From Octopus vulgaris (lineage: Eukaryota), in assembly GCA_951406725.2 (NCBI GenBank), contig OX597818.1:42718001-42782000 (forward strand): a stretch of DNA of 64,000 nucleotides. Reading direction: 5' to 3'. The translations under genes were made by a program, and so were the position numbers. Below are positions 1-13,400 of this stretch, piece after piece. Position 1 is the stretch's first letter. Each line of letters begins with the position of its first letter. A model generated the notes under the pieces. The model worked only from the letters and a program-made list of their open reading frames with translations, made no database searches and had not been told where the DNA came from.

Positions 1-244
1 TCTTCATTGTCTTGAAACATTTATAATTGATTCCCTTGTTTGATCTCTGTTATTTACTGGGCTGATGTTTATATCTTTTTTTTTTTTATTATGAGACCAA
101 TGTGAGACAATTTCTTCCTAGAAAGGGTGTCAGGTTATTGCAGTAAGTTTTTTTCATGAGTAATTAAATCTATCACTACTAGTTATTAAAAAGTATCTCA
201 ATTTTATCATGGTGAATTACATTACAACACCTAAAGGGTAAAGA

Positions 245-545
245 TTGATCCTAGAAGTTTCCCTCCAAGGCACAAGTCTGGGAAAGGTTGTTTATGGAAG
301 ACCAGTCATCCATGCATACCAGTCTCCCCTTTCCTTACCACCAATGTTATCCAAGGGAAACACAAGGGCCGATACAGCTTGACACCAGTGACGTCCCAGT
401 TCATTTCTACAGTTGAGTGAACTGAAGCAACGTAAAATAAAGTGTCTTGCTCAAGAACACAACACATGGCCTGGTCCAGGAATTGAACTCACTACCTCAT
501 GACTGTAAGCCCAGTGCTCTTACCACTGAACCATGTGCCTTCACA
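245..545 (-). mobile_element. tRNA-derived SINE (same family as 15797-16200)
   Basis: Reverse complement of the 15.8-kb copy; tRNA-like A/B boxes. Confidence 0.8.
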
Positions 546-838
546 TACTACAACACCTACATGAAGTAATTTGTGGCCACATCATATCACTGGTCAAAGG
601 CTACGAGATATTGGAATTATGGTTGTTTATTCAGTAACACCTTGACTTGGCTATCCATTTTTCCCTTTGCATCTGGATATGCTAAACTTCGGACTATTTT
701 GGAAACATACTACACACCCTAGCGTGCAAAGTTTAATTATGTGGTATGAAAGAGTTACAACTCTTAATTTTACTTAATATTATTATTATTATCTAACATG
801 CTTCTGAATGACTGACAGCTGTATAGAAACAGTTAAGA

Positions 839-1434
839 GGTGAGCTGGCAGAAATGTTAGCACGCCAGGGGAAATGCTTAGTGGTATTTCATCTGCCGCT
901 ACGTTCTGAGTTCAAATTCCGTCGAGGTCGACTTTGCCTTTCATTCTTTCGGGGTCAATTAAATACGTACCAATTACACACTGGGGTCGATATAATCGAC
1001 TTAATCCCTTTGTCTGTCCTTGTTTGTCCCCTCTGCGTTTAGCCCCTTGTGGGTAGTAAAGAAATAGGTATTTCGTCTGCCGTTACGTTCTGAGTTCAAA
1101 TTCCACCGAGGTCGACTTTGCCTTTCATTCTATCGGGGTCGATTAAATAAGTACCAATTACACACTGGGGTCGATATAATCGACTTAATCCCTTTGTCTG
1201 TCCTTGTTCGTCCCCTCTGCATTTAGCCTCTTGTGGGTAGTAAAGAAATAGGTATTTCGTCTGCTGCTACGTTCTGAGTTCAAATTCCACCGAGGTCGAC
1301 TTTGCCTTTCATCCTTTCAGGGTCGATAAATAAAGTACCAGTTATGCAATGGGGTCGATGTAATCGACTTAATCCGTTTGTCTGTCCTTGTTTGTCCCCT
1401 CTGCATTTAGCCCCTTGTGGGCAGTAAAGAAATA
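839..1434 (+). mobile_element. tRNA-derived SINE with Meta/Sauria-like central domain; one head plus three tandem 184-bp bodies
   Basis: GTCGACTTTGCCTTTCATCCTTTCGGGGTCGATAAA domain; 15-bp TSD AGAAACAGTTAAGAG at 825-839 and 1435-1449. Confidence 0.85.
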
Positions 1435-1904
1435 AGAAACAGTTAAGAGTCTCTTCATTGTTGAACAAGTTTTTTTTTTAATTCAATGGAATATGCTCAG
1501 CTACACAACAGAATTTGGATATGAATGTGGCTTGTCATATGCTTATTTTACTCTGTATTTCACTTTTGTTTGTTCATATCAACTTTATATTACAGTGTCA
1601 TTCTGGTGAAGATTTGTGAGTGATTTGACATGTAGTTGTAGCAGCTGTGTGGGTTGGAGTGGACAGTAGTCATTAGGTCAACTGTGTTCCACATATGTCA
1701 TTGGGTTTTTAATTTTATTGTTCATGAAAAATTGAGACCCATGTTGTTAGTAATTTACATTTAATTATATTATGTACAAGAATTTTTATTATTTAAGACA
1801 GCATGAAAACAATTGCTACAAAAGCCGTACAGTATTACCTAGGAGGACATGTTATTTTTATGCATAGCAATATAACTGAATGATTGATTGTTGTGATTTT
1901 TCAG

Positions 1905-2017
1905 TGTAAGCTAAGATTAAAAGCCCGCATCAACCCTGGAACCACATGTTCTTTGAGAGTGGATTCTCGATGGCCTGTACACTTTAAGGTTACGGATGAG
2001 GAAGGAGATTTATGTCA
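1905..2017 (+). CDS. HGSNAT: HGSNAT exon (luminal domain, [37 protein letters not shown])
   Basis: ttttcag acceptor, gtaagt donor, open frame, phase 2 matches next exon. Confidence 0.85.
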
Positions 2018-4431
2018 GTAAGTACATGCAGCATGTATTTCTAATTTGTCTTGTTAATTAGTAAACTTTTTTTTTTCTCTGCTGGATGGGTAATGTCTGT
2101 GTGCATGCACAACAGAGTGTAAATGATTTAAGAGGGAAACTGGATATAAGAGGCATCAGATGTCGTGTGCAAGACGGAAGACGCCACTGGTTTGATCATG
2201 TGATGTGTATGAATGAGGATAGTTGCATAAAGGAGTGCTGAGCTCTAATTGTGGAGGGTACTTGTGGAAAGGGTGGACCCAGGAAGATGTGGGACAAGGT
2301 GGTGGGAAAGGATCTTCAGACACAGGGCCTCACTGAGGAAATGACAAGGGACTGAGAGATATGGCAATTTGAAGACACATCAAGCTAAGTAAAATCACTG
2401 TCTTCCACGCATACAGGCTTGTTCTTTCGGGTGTCGGTGCTGCGTAAATGGACATGTGCCAGTGGCATGTGTAAAGCACCCACCACACTCTGCTAAATGG
2501 TTGGCATTAGGAAGGGCATCCAGCCATTGAAACCATGCCACAGAAGACAGCCGGAGTCTGGACAGCTCCCTGCCGGTTGGCTCCATGTCAAACCGCCCCA
2601 CCTATGCCAACATGGAAAGCGGATGTTAAACAAAGATGATGATGATGATGATTTGCCAATACAGATAATTAATATATGACTAGAAAGATAGGTTTCAAGA
2701 ACATATACAGATGTTTCATTTTATTCATTTGAAATAAAAAAGATAAAGAATATTGATAGAACAAATAAATCTACCCCCCCACACACACACACACACACAT
2801 ACTCCATGCTCCAATCCCTGTCATTTTGTATGTGTGTGTGTATTTGTGGGTGTACATTTTCTTATTGTTATGTTACTTTTCTGAGAAAGATAGCATTAAG
2901 AGAAATAGTAATTGATCTTCCTTTATTTTTGTCATTTTAGATTTCAACATGTTTTGAATTACGTGTGGTGTGTGTATATATGTGTTTGTATGTATATGTG
3001 TATAAACACACACTGGTAAATAGATAAGTCCAAGGGTTACCTTTTCAGAGGAACACACTTAACCCTTTCGTTACCAACCCGGCTAAAACCGGCTCTGGCT
3101 CTTTAGTACAAATGTCTTGTTTTCATAAGTTTTGAATTGAAATCTTCCACCAAACCTTAGTCACAATTTATGTTCCTAACACTAGCTTAATGATAACGAA
3201 GTTAATTCACTAAATTCTTTGTTATATTTAAAATAATTGAAAGAAACACAGAGCATCTCAAAATAAATACAGTAACAAAAGGGTTAAATCACTTAGAATA
3301 AAGAACTCCATTTGTGATATACAACATGCACCAAAAATAATTTTTGAGTTGTTTAGGTGTATCAATAGCATCGACATGACAGATTCCCATCTGACACAAG
3401 AAATGATAAGTGATAGCATGTTCAGAGCTGCCATCTACAGTGACTTAGAGCTTGCCAGTTTCTTGATTGTAGCAGCATCCTTTGTGTGCAGGGTTATGAA
3501 ATATCTGGAGGATTCTGCTGAGAATGTGTCATTTGTGGCCAAGACAAAGAACATTGTCAATAATGGTCAGGCATCATCAGGATTGCTGAGTTTAGCCAGC
3601 AAGTCCAGGGTATTACCATTGACGAAGGTGGCAAGCTGGCAGAAACTTTAGCACGCTGGGCGAAATGCTTAGCGGTATTTCGTCTGCCGCTACGTTGTGA
3701 GTTCAAATTCCGCCGAGGTCGACTTTGCCTTTCATCCTTTTTGGATCGATAAATTAAGTACCAGTTATGCACTGGGGGTCAATGTAATCAACTTAATACC
3801 TATGTCTGTCCTTGTTTGTCCCCCCTATGTTTAGCCCCTTTTGGATAATAAAGAAATAGGTATTACCATTAGGCGGCGAGCTGGCAGAAGCGTTAGCACC
3901 CCGGGCGAAATGCATAGCCGTATTTCGTCTGCCGTTACGTTCTGAGTTCAAATCCGCCAATGTCGACTTTGCCTTTCATCCTTTCGGGGTCGATAAATTA
4001 AGTACCAGTTACGCACTGGGGTCGATGTAATCGACTTAATCCGTTTGTCTGTCCTTGTTTGTCTCCTCTGTGTTTAGCCCCTTGTGTGTAATAAAGAAAT
4101 AGGTATTACCATTGACAGGTCTTGTGGGTCATTGTGAGCCATCACAAGTGGATCAACGCGATGAGGTCCACTATCAGATGTGTGGTGCATGACGACATCT
4201 GGTGCAAGTCCTGTGTGATTGCAGAGAGGGCAGTTCATTGTCTGACAAAACATGAGGAGACCATGCAATCATGTAACTTCCAACTTTAAGTAGCCTTCTT
4301 CTAGTGTGCTTGAACTGTTGCAGATGTGGTGTAGTCAGTTAATCACCCATTGAGCCAAGTTTTTGACTTGTGTGTGCGCACGCGCACACGTGTGAATAGA
4401 TAAAACATAAGCATGTAATGCATACATATGA

Positions 4432-4462
<31 letters not shown>

Positions 4463-7400
4463 CACTATTAGGCAACTCAAACAGTGATAGACATAAACCA
4501 AAACATCATCATCATCGTTTAACGTCCGTTGTCCATGCTAGCATGGGTTGGACGGTTCGACCGGGGATCTGGGAAGCCAGAAGGCTGCACCAGGCTCCAG
4601 TCTTATCTGGCAGTGTTTCTACAGCTGGATGCCCTTCCTAACGCCAACCACTCCGTGAGTGTAGACATAAACTAAAACATTAAAAAAAAAATTTTTTTAT
4701 ATAAAAATTTAAAAATTAAAAATTTTAATAATTCAAATTTTATATATATATATATTATATATTATTTATATTTATTTTTTTAATGTTTTGGTTTATGTCT
4801 ATCACTGTTTGAGTTGCCTAATAGTGGTTTTATCTCTAACTTAATTTATATTTATACTGTGAAATTTGATTTAATCCTAAATCTAATTTTTCCCTGTAAG
4901 TTTGGATATACTCCCTAATATTATTATTATTATTATTATATATATATATTTAACAGGAAGGTTTATGAAAATAAACAAAAGACAAAGGCAGGTTTACAAA
5001 AATAAACAAAAGACGAAGGCAGGTGGAGTACAAACAAATAATGTATTAGTATGGCGCTCAGGAATAGAAATAAAACAAGTCTTTTACGTTTCGAGCCTAC
5101 ACTCTTCGACAGAAACACAAAAAAGAAACAAGGAGAGAAAAAAGTTGCGTGTAGGGACTAACGATTCAAAATATATATATATATATATAATTTACACACA
5201 CACAAATAAATGCTTTTTATTTTCAATTTTAGGGAGACTACATTCCATTTTATAGAGAGTGGTATTTATAATTTGTTGATTTACAACAGAACCCATTGTT
5301 CTCAGGAACTGACAAACAATCCCAGTGACATTTTGATCCGTATGTATCTCCTTCACTTATAATTTTGCATTTTCTTCTTTCATTAATATATCTCTGTAAC
5401 GAATTGAAATTCAAAGCAAAATACTATTTACAAATATATTTCTATCAATCTTTTATGACTTCTTTCATATCTATATTTGTGTTGAGAAATCAGTCTTTTC
5501 CTGTGCCTCTTGTTATCTACAAATGAATGTAAATAAAATGGTACAACCTGTTGTAATTCTATTCTTCATGCTAACAATTCTGCCAGTCCACTGTTCTAAT
5601 TAACAAAATAATATTGATGACAGCAATCTTCTCTCAACATTTTGGTTGCAAACTTTCGTTGATATTCTTTTGTATGGTTGGAGATTTTCGCACCAGTGTT
5701 CCTTTATTTTTATTTATTAGCTGCTACATTCTTCACCATGATTTTATAAATTCAATCAATTTTTAGTGCTTTATTCTTACATCATCATCATCGTTTAACG
5801 TCCGCTTTCCATGCTGGCATGGGTTGGACAGTTTGACTGAGGACTTGCGAGCTAGAAGGCTGCACCATGCTCCAGTCTGATCTGGCAAAGTTTCTACAGC
5901 TGGATGCCCTTCCTAATGCCAACCATTCTGAGAGTATAGTGGGTGCTTTTACATGCCACCGGCATGAGGGCCAATCAGGCAGTACTGGCAACGACCACGC
6001 TCAAAAGGTGTTTTTTTACATGTCACCTGCACAGGAGCCAGTTCAGTGCCACTAGCAAAAACCACGCTCAAATGTTGTTTTTCACATACCACCGGTACAT
6101 GTGCCAGTAAGGTGACGCTCGCAACGATGACACTCGAATGGTGCTTGTTATGTGTCACTGGCACAGGAGCCAGTCAGTGGTGGCTCTGGCAACTATCACA
6201 CTCGGATGGTGCTTTTAACGTTCCACTGGCATGAGTGCCAATCAGACAGTACCGTCATCGGCTATGTCAGCGATTTTGCTTGCCTCAACAGGTCTTCGCA
6301 AGCAAAGTTTAATGTCCAGTGAATGAAGGGTACGCATAAGTGGGCTGGTTATACACCACTGGCATAGGCCACCGGTTATGGTCTCACTTGGCTTGTTGGG
6401 TCTTCTTAGGCACAGCATATCTCCAAAGGTCTCTGTCACTAGTCATTGCCTCAGTGAGGCCCAAGAGTAACGTCTCTTGATTCATTGATTTATTTACTTG
6501 AATTTACAAGAACCACCAAGAACTAAAAGAGGCTGTGTTTTCCAAAATGGAAGCAAACATCTTTCTCCATGTGATCAGCTTGAAAATTTAAAACACTAAG
6601 ATATGTGTGTAAGTGTGGATATGTGCATGGGCGGAGGTGTGTGTGTGTGTGCAATGATGGTGTGTGTGTGTGTGTGTGGTTGTAGCTGTAAACAAAGGGC
6701 TAGTAGTAAGGCTGGCTAGTAGAATAAGGAGTGGTGCTTTTGTCCCTGCCACAGGTCAGTCCTGTTACTTTGAAGTATGTGTGTGTGTGTGTGTGCGTGT
6801 ATGTATATGTATCGTGTGTGTATGCATAGAGTTTGGGTGTGTGGTAAATATATATATATATAACAAGTACTGTTTAGTTCAAGGGTAGTTTTTATTAGGA
6901 ATACTTGTGATGAAAGGCATTTCAGTTGTGACCACCATATCTTTTTTTCAAGCATAGTATATTTTGGATTCATCATTCAACCGGCCTATCCTTTTTAAGG
7001 TGGTAGGGTACAATTTGAGGGAGATTTTGCTGCTGTTCCTAGCAAGTCCAGTGACTACAGACACTCTTTGCAAGAAGTATTGTATAATAGTGTAATAATT
7101 TTTTTAAAAAATAATTACATGTGTTATGTTTTCAACATTATAAACACATATAGTTTTGTTGATTTAATAAAATGTTTTTGTGTAACTTATAGCATCTCAT
7201 TGTCTTTCCAGCAATTTATGTCAGCATAGCCGTTGTATTTGTAATCATCTTGCTGAGATATGCATTTTATTTCAAACGGTAATATATTTTCCTTTTTGTA
7301 CTCTATAAACTTAAATTATTTTACTTTCAATTTTATTTTCTTCTTGTTTCTTCAATATATATATATATATATATATAAATCAATAAATGGTGGGGTTGTG

Positions 7401-10400
7401 TTGACCACACGTGGAGAATTGATAGGAGAGGAAAAATTATAATAAGGCAGAATGGTAAATTGAAAGTAAATTTTAATAAAAATGGGTGTATAAAAAATGC
7501 ATTGAGTACATATTTTATTAAACTTGAACAATATTTTTCAAGCAATGAACAATTTTCATCAAAACAATGATGAAATTTGTCGACTTGGAACTTATTGCAA
7601 AGCTGCATGATGAACATTTTTTGTCTTCCCATTTGGGCATCAGTACAATTTTTTTTATATCTAACCTCTTTCTTTTCTCTCTCTCTCTTGCTGCTGATTG
7701 TTTTCAACCATCACCAGTACCACTACTGTTGCCATCACAACTGCCATACACACACCATTCAGTACCTTTGATTTCACCGCCTTCCCCTCCACCATCATCA
7801 TCAACGCCACCTCTGCCTCTATCACAACTACAACTCATACTTTTACTATTACTATCAAAGGCTAAATGTGCATGTTCATTCAGTATGTTATTCAGCGTGT
7901 TGCTTCAGTGTGCAGTCCCTCTATCTCTCACATAACCCACTCTTTCTCTCTCTCTCTCTTATTACTCCCACTGCTACCATCAACACTACTTCTTTTAATA
8001 AAACATCAACTCTCCCTAAATTTCTTTCTCTCCCTGCCTTTGCCACTACCCTACTATTACTCTCACCCCATCATGAGGAATAGTAGGAGTGTTGTTTAAA
8101 TAGTGAAAGAGGGGATCTAAGTGTGACACTGACACAGAAATTAGTTTTCACATTTATTCTATTAGATTTCTTCAGATCTGCTATTACCTACCTACCATGC
8201 TCACCAGCACAGGTACTAGTTATGCGACACTGGCCTCTGAGGCCCATCACTTGAAAGGTGTTTTTTACATGCCACCAGCATTGGTGCCAAGTACGTGATA
8301 CCAGTATCAGTCATAACTACAATTGCACCTGGTTTGACAGGTCTTCTCAAGCATGGCATATCGCCAAAGGTCTCAGTCACTAGTCATTGCCTCCATCAGG
8401 CCCAACATTCGAAGATCATGCTTCACCACCTCATCTCATGTCTTCTACAGGTACCCCAGGATGGCCACAGTTCAATGACTGAAACCATGAAGCTGTATTT
8501 GATATGCACAACACTTAACAGATTGCTTGTTGGTTGGTTTTAGCCAGTGTTTTAACAATAATATTCCTAACAGAAAAATGTTCCTTTTTACATTTATTTC
8601 ACATAGAACTTTTTTCCATATTTGTTCATTAGATGCATCAGTATTAGTTTTGTCGTTTTATCTTTCTTACAGCAGTGTCACCTTCAGAAGAATCATTGCC
8701 CGATTTAGTCAAGAGAAACTAATTGAAGCAGTAAGTTTATGAAACCCCTTGCTTTAAATTTTCATTGACTCTCTTTACTTGCTTTAGGAATTTATATTAC
8801 CATAACTACCACAGATAAAACACCTTGCAGGATTAGCTGAAGTCCCTTTAATTCTGGTTTCAAATCCTGCCACACTTGACTCCAGCTTTCATCTTTCTAA
8901 GACCAGTGAAATAAATACTAGAAACTCTGTGGCCTGCTGTCTGTGTTTGATAGCAACATTTTTCTCTCATTCTGTTTATTTCATGATGTATGTATTTCAG
9001 TTTGTGAAATGTGGGTTAAGTTAAGTTAATTTTTTGGCTCAAAAAGCAAAAAGCAAGGCCATGTAGGGGGACATGGAGTTATGTACAGGGAGAGTGGTCA
9101 TACAAAGAGTTCAGGCCATTTCTGGTCAAGAGAGACTTTGAACCGAGCGGTCGTCGGCATCTTCACTATCTCGTCCGGCAGCTTATTCCACGGATCCGCA
9201 ATCCGGACGGAGAAAGCCCCTCTCCTATAGTATGTTCTCCTTTATAGCAAACTTAAAACCATAACTATCATTCACTAGCAAGTATAACTTGGTAGCATGT
9301 GCCTCATTTTGCTAATTGCTTTAGATACCTATGTAGTTGTTAGCAGATGTGCACACTGTCTTAGCACATCCACTCTTGATTTGGTGAAACATTGAGGATG
9401 TAACAGTTTGCAGGAGAGAGGGCTGCACCAGCTCTTGGCCAATATTCACTTTTAACTGACTAGACTGGAGCAATGTGATATGAAGTGCCTTACTGTAGGA
9501 TAGAACCTGCTGGTCCAGGAATCACATTCATGACCTTATGATCATGACCACAAAACCCTAATCACTATGATGAAATTATTAGTTTTTTTAAAAATTTTAT
9601 TTATTTTTTATAGTTGGGCTTATTGATAATTAATTTTTTTGTAGGATCTTGGCTCTCCAGACAGCATCAACCCCACAGACGATAATGAAAGCCTACGTAG
9701 CCGTGTACTTGTACGGGAAAGGTTAAAATCACTTGATGCATTTCGAGGGTAAGTAATCTATTAATTCTCACTTCATCACTAGTAACATCATGATTAAAGA
9801 ACAGCAACTGAAATCCAGTTTGCATATTTTATTTTTTATATTTATTTATTTGTTTATTTGTGTTTATTTATATTTATTTATTTGTGTGGACATTTGTTAT
9901 TGGATCGACAAAGTTTTCGGAATGGTTCACCTTGAAATGGCTGTATTTTGGTATCACATTCATTTCAGTAATACCATTGTACGCACCCCAACACTCAGAA
10001 TATATGGTCATACCGCCTGACTGGCCCTCGTGCAGGTGGCACGTAGAAGCACCCACTATACTCTTGGAGTGGTTGGCGTTAGGAAGGGCATCCAGCTGTA
10101 GAAACTCTACCAAATCATGATTGGAGCCTGGTGCAGCCATCTGGTTCGCCAGTCCTCAGTCAAATCGTCCAACCCATACTAGCATGGAAAGCAGACGTTA
10201 AACGATGATGATGATGATGATTAATGATGAAAGAACATTGTGCATAATCTTCTAAGAAATTTTAAAGAAATGCTATTTCTGAATTATGATACTGAATCAA
10301 TGATCTTGAATTTAAATCTTTGCCATGCCTTTGTGTTTTATTTATTTTTTTAAAACAAAGTAATATATTTTGTTCCATTATATTATTGCTAATTGACTTG

Positions 10401-13400
10401 TTTGGATAGTTATGGTTAAATAATGCATCTATTTATTAACATTTGTATATTCCTCCAGAATTAGCATTGTGGACATGATATTTGTCAATTGTGGAGGCGG
10501 TGAATATTGGTTCTTCAAGCATTCAACTTGGAATGGAATAACTTTTGCGGATCTAGTTTTTCCTTGGTAAGATAACTTCTGTATTCTTTTGTGAATTTGA
10601 AAATATTAGTGTAGTATGATCTGTAAAGTGATTGGTGATAGGAAAGGCATCCAGCTGTAAAATCCAAGCCAAAAGCGAAAGATACGAGCAAGACCTGATC
10701 TTCCAATCCATCTGTAGAAGCAACGGTGCCCATTGAAAACTGATTTAAATTACTATAAGAAAGTGGATGTAATGTAATAAGTTGGAACACACACACACAA
10801 ATAACAAATTCAAATCGTAATCGATCAACATCAATGGAATTTGTAGCTGTGACACCAGTGCCGGTGGCACGTAAGAGAACCATCCGAACGTGGCCATAGC
10901 CAGTGCCGCCCTGACTGGCCTCCGTGCTGGTGGCACGTAAAAAGCACCATCCGATCGTGGCCGTTGCCAGACTCGTCTGGTCTCCGTGCCGGTGGCACAT
11001 AAAAAGCACCATCCGTTCGTGGCTGCTTGCCAGCCTCATCTGGCATGTAAAAAGCACCCATTACACTCATGGAGTGGTTGGCGTTAGGAAGAGCATCCAG
11101 CTGTAGAAACACTGCCAGATCAGACTGGGCCTGGTGCAGCCTTCTGGCTTCCCAGACCCCAGTTGAACTGTCCAACCCATGCTAGCACGGAAAACGGACG
11201 TTAAACGATGATGATGATATACACACACTACATGGTCTGACAGGATATTTTATGGTACCTACTATAATGTCTCAGGTGTCTGATTTCTAATTTTTCGGAA
11301 GTCAACATGACCTTTCCTCAATCCAACAATCCATAAAATACCAATAATTATACTTTAGGATGTTTACATGGACATTATCTTTGGATTTTATGGAAAAGGA
11401 CATGAAATTTATTGGAAAAAGAAAAAAAAATCGTTCAAAAATCAGCAGTTTAGTAAATGAAACTTCTAAGTCCACTGTCTTTTACTCCATTCTGTATTGT
11501 AAATCTATTTAATTTCAGGTTTGTCTTCATCATGGGAACCTCTATGGCATATAGCTTTCGAAGCATGATGCGGAAAGAGATTAAAAAACACACAATCATA
11601 GGAAAGATAATTTGGAGAACACTTGTGTTGTTTTTCCTTGGAATCATAATCAACACTATAAACATACACAGTAAGTTTTATTTACCTAATAATATTTCTG
11701 TTTTTATACAATTAATTGTTATCAGCATAATTTTCTATTTAATCTACAGTTTTTTTTACATTGTATTCTATATTATTTACAGATAAAAATTCTTTAGGTG
11801 TTTGGTTTAAAAAGTTCGTTTAATCTGGTTTGTTATTAACATTTCCTACCTGTTCAATGTTGTAGGATCTTACTTTTGAAAAATGCTTTGCTCAGTGTAA
11901 AGACATGTTCGGTAGATGCAAAGTATTGTACCATTTTTAATAAGCTGATTAACATCATCATCATCATCGTTTAACGTCCGTTTTCCATGCTAGCATGGGT
12001 TGGATGGATCGACCAGGAGGCTGTACCAGGCTCCAGTCTGATCTGGTAGTGTTTCTACTGCTGGATGCCCTTCCTAACGCCAACCACTCCATGAGCGTAG
12101 TGGGTGCTTTTTACATGCCACTGGCACAGGTGCCAGGGGAGGCTAGCAACGGCCACAATCGGTTGGTGCTTTTTACGTGCCACTGGCACAGGTGCCAGGG
12201 GAAGCTGGCAACGGCCACAATCAGTTGGTGGTTTTTATGTGCCACCGACACGGAAGCCAGTCAAGGCGGCGTTGGCATTGGCCACATATGGATGGCGCTT
12301 TTTACATGCCACCAGCACAGGTGCCAAAAATTTTTAATGTTTGGGCATCATAGAAAATTCCATAATGACAGATCAAGTTCTGAAGAGTATAGATTACATT
12401 GTTCTCATTTGTTGTATATAAAATAAATTGTTATAGTCTAATTATAGCTGTCGTTTGAACTATTGTACAGAGCAACTAGTTAACAATGGCTGTTAACATT
12501 TAGTTACCATTTTTCAGAACTGCTCCTGCATAGTATCTTCTTATGAAACACTACTTAACTACTTCATCATCATCATCATCGTTTAACATCCATTTTCCAT
12601 GCTAGCATGGGTTTGACGGTTTGACTGGGGTCTGGGAAGCCAGGAGGCTGCACCAGGCTCCAGACTGATCTGGCAGTGTTTCTACAGCTGGATGCCCTTC
12701 CTAACGCCAACCATTCCGTGAGTGTAGTGGTTACATGCCACTGGCACAGGTGCCAGGGGAGGCTGGCAACAGCCACGATCGGTTGGTGCTTTTTACATGC
12801 CACCGGCACGGAAGCTAGTCATGGTGGCACTTATTGTAATAAATATGCAATTAAGATTGAAGACATGTAATTTCTAAATGGTGCTGAAAAGAGGATTCAC
12901 TGCATATATGACAAATATTTGTGCCTAGGTGTGCTCTGAGAGGGCTTCAATCTAGAACTATGTGATGTTTTTGGTAGGAAACTGAAGCAAAGTACAGAGT
13001 TGTACTTGTTTTATTTGAAAGCTGTAATGAATTTTGAAGAAGTGTCATGGAGCAAATCTTATTGAGAATAGGGACAAGTGAAAATTAAACTTCAGTGAGT
13101 TTGATCTGGTCATACCAAATTTTGATTGATCCCCGGTCGAACCGTCCAACTCATGCTAGCATGGAGAACGGACGTTAAACGATGATGATGATGATGAAAG
13201 TAGGGAAGGATATGACAAATTGGGATAAAGATATTTGAGCTATTTATGTAGAGCCCTCGGTTTACTGTATCATCATTTCTTTTCTGCTACCCTGTACTAT
13301 CAGACATCTACTCCCCCACTCACTCCTGGCACCCTTTCCACCTTCATTTCTCTTCACTTTATATCTTAAAGGTCCATGCTGACCCTTATCATTTATATCA

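Noticed and set aside
1596-1620. Possible extra HGSNAT micro-exon (tacag ... gtgagt)
   Set aside because: No recognisable HGSNAT similarity and the upstream phase cannot be tested.
7567-8099. Pro/His/Leu-rich ORFs
   Set aside because: Low-complexity CCA/CAT/CT microsatellite mosaic in an intron, with no fitting splice phases.
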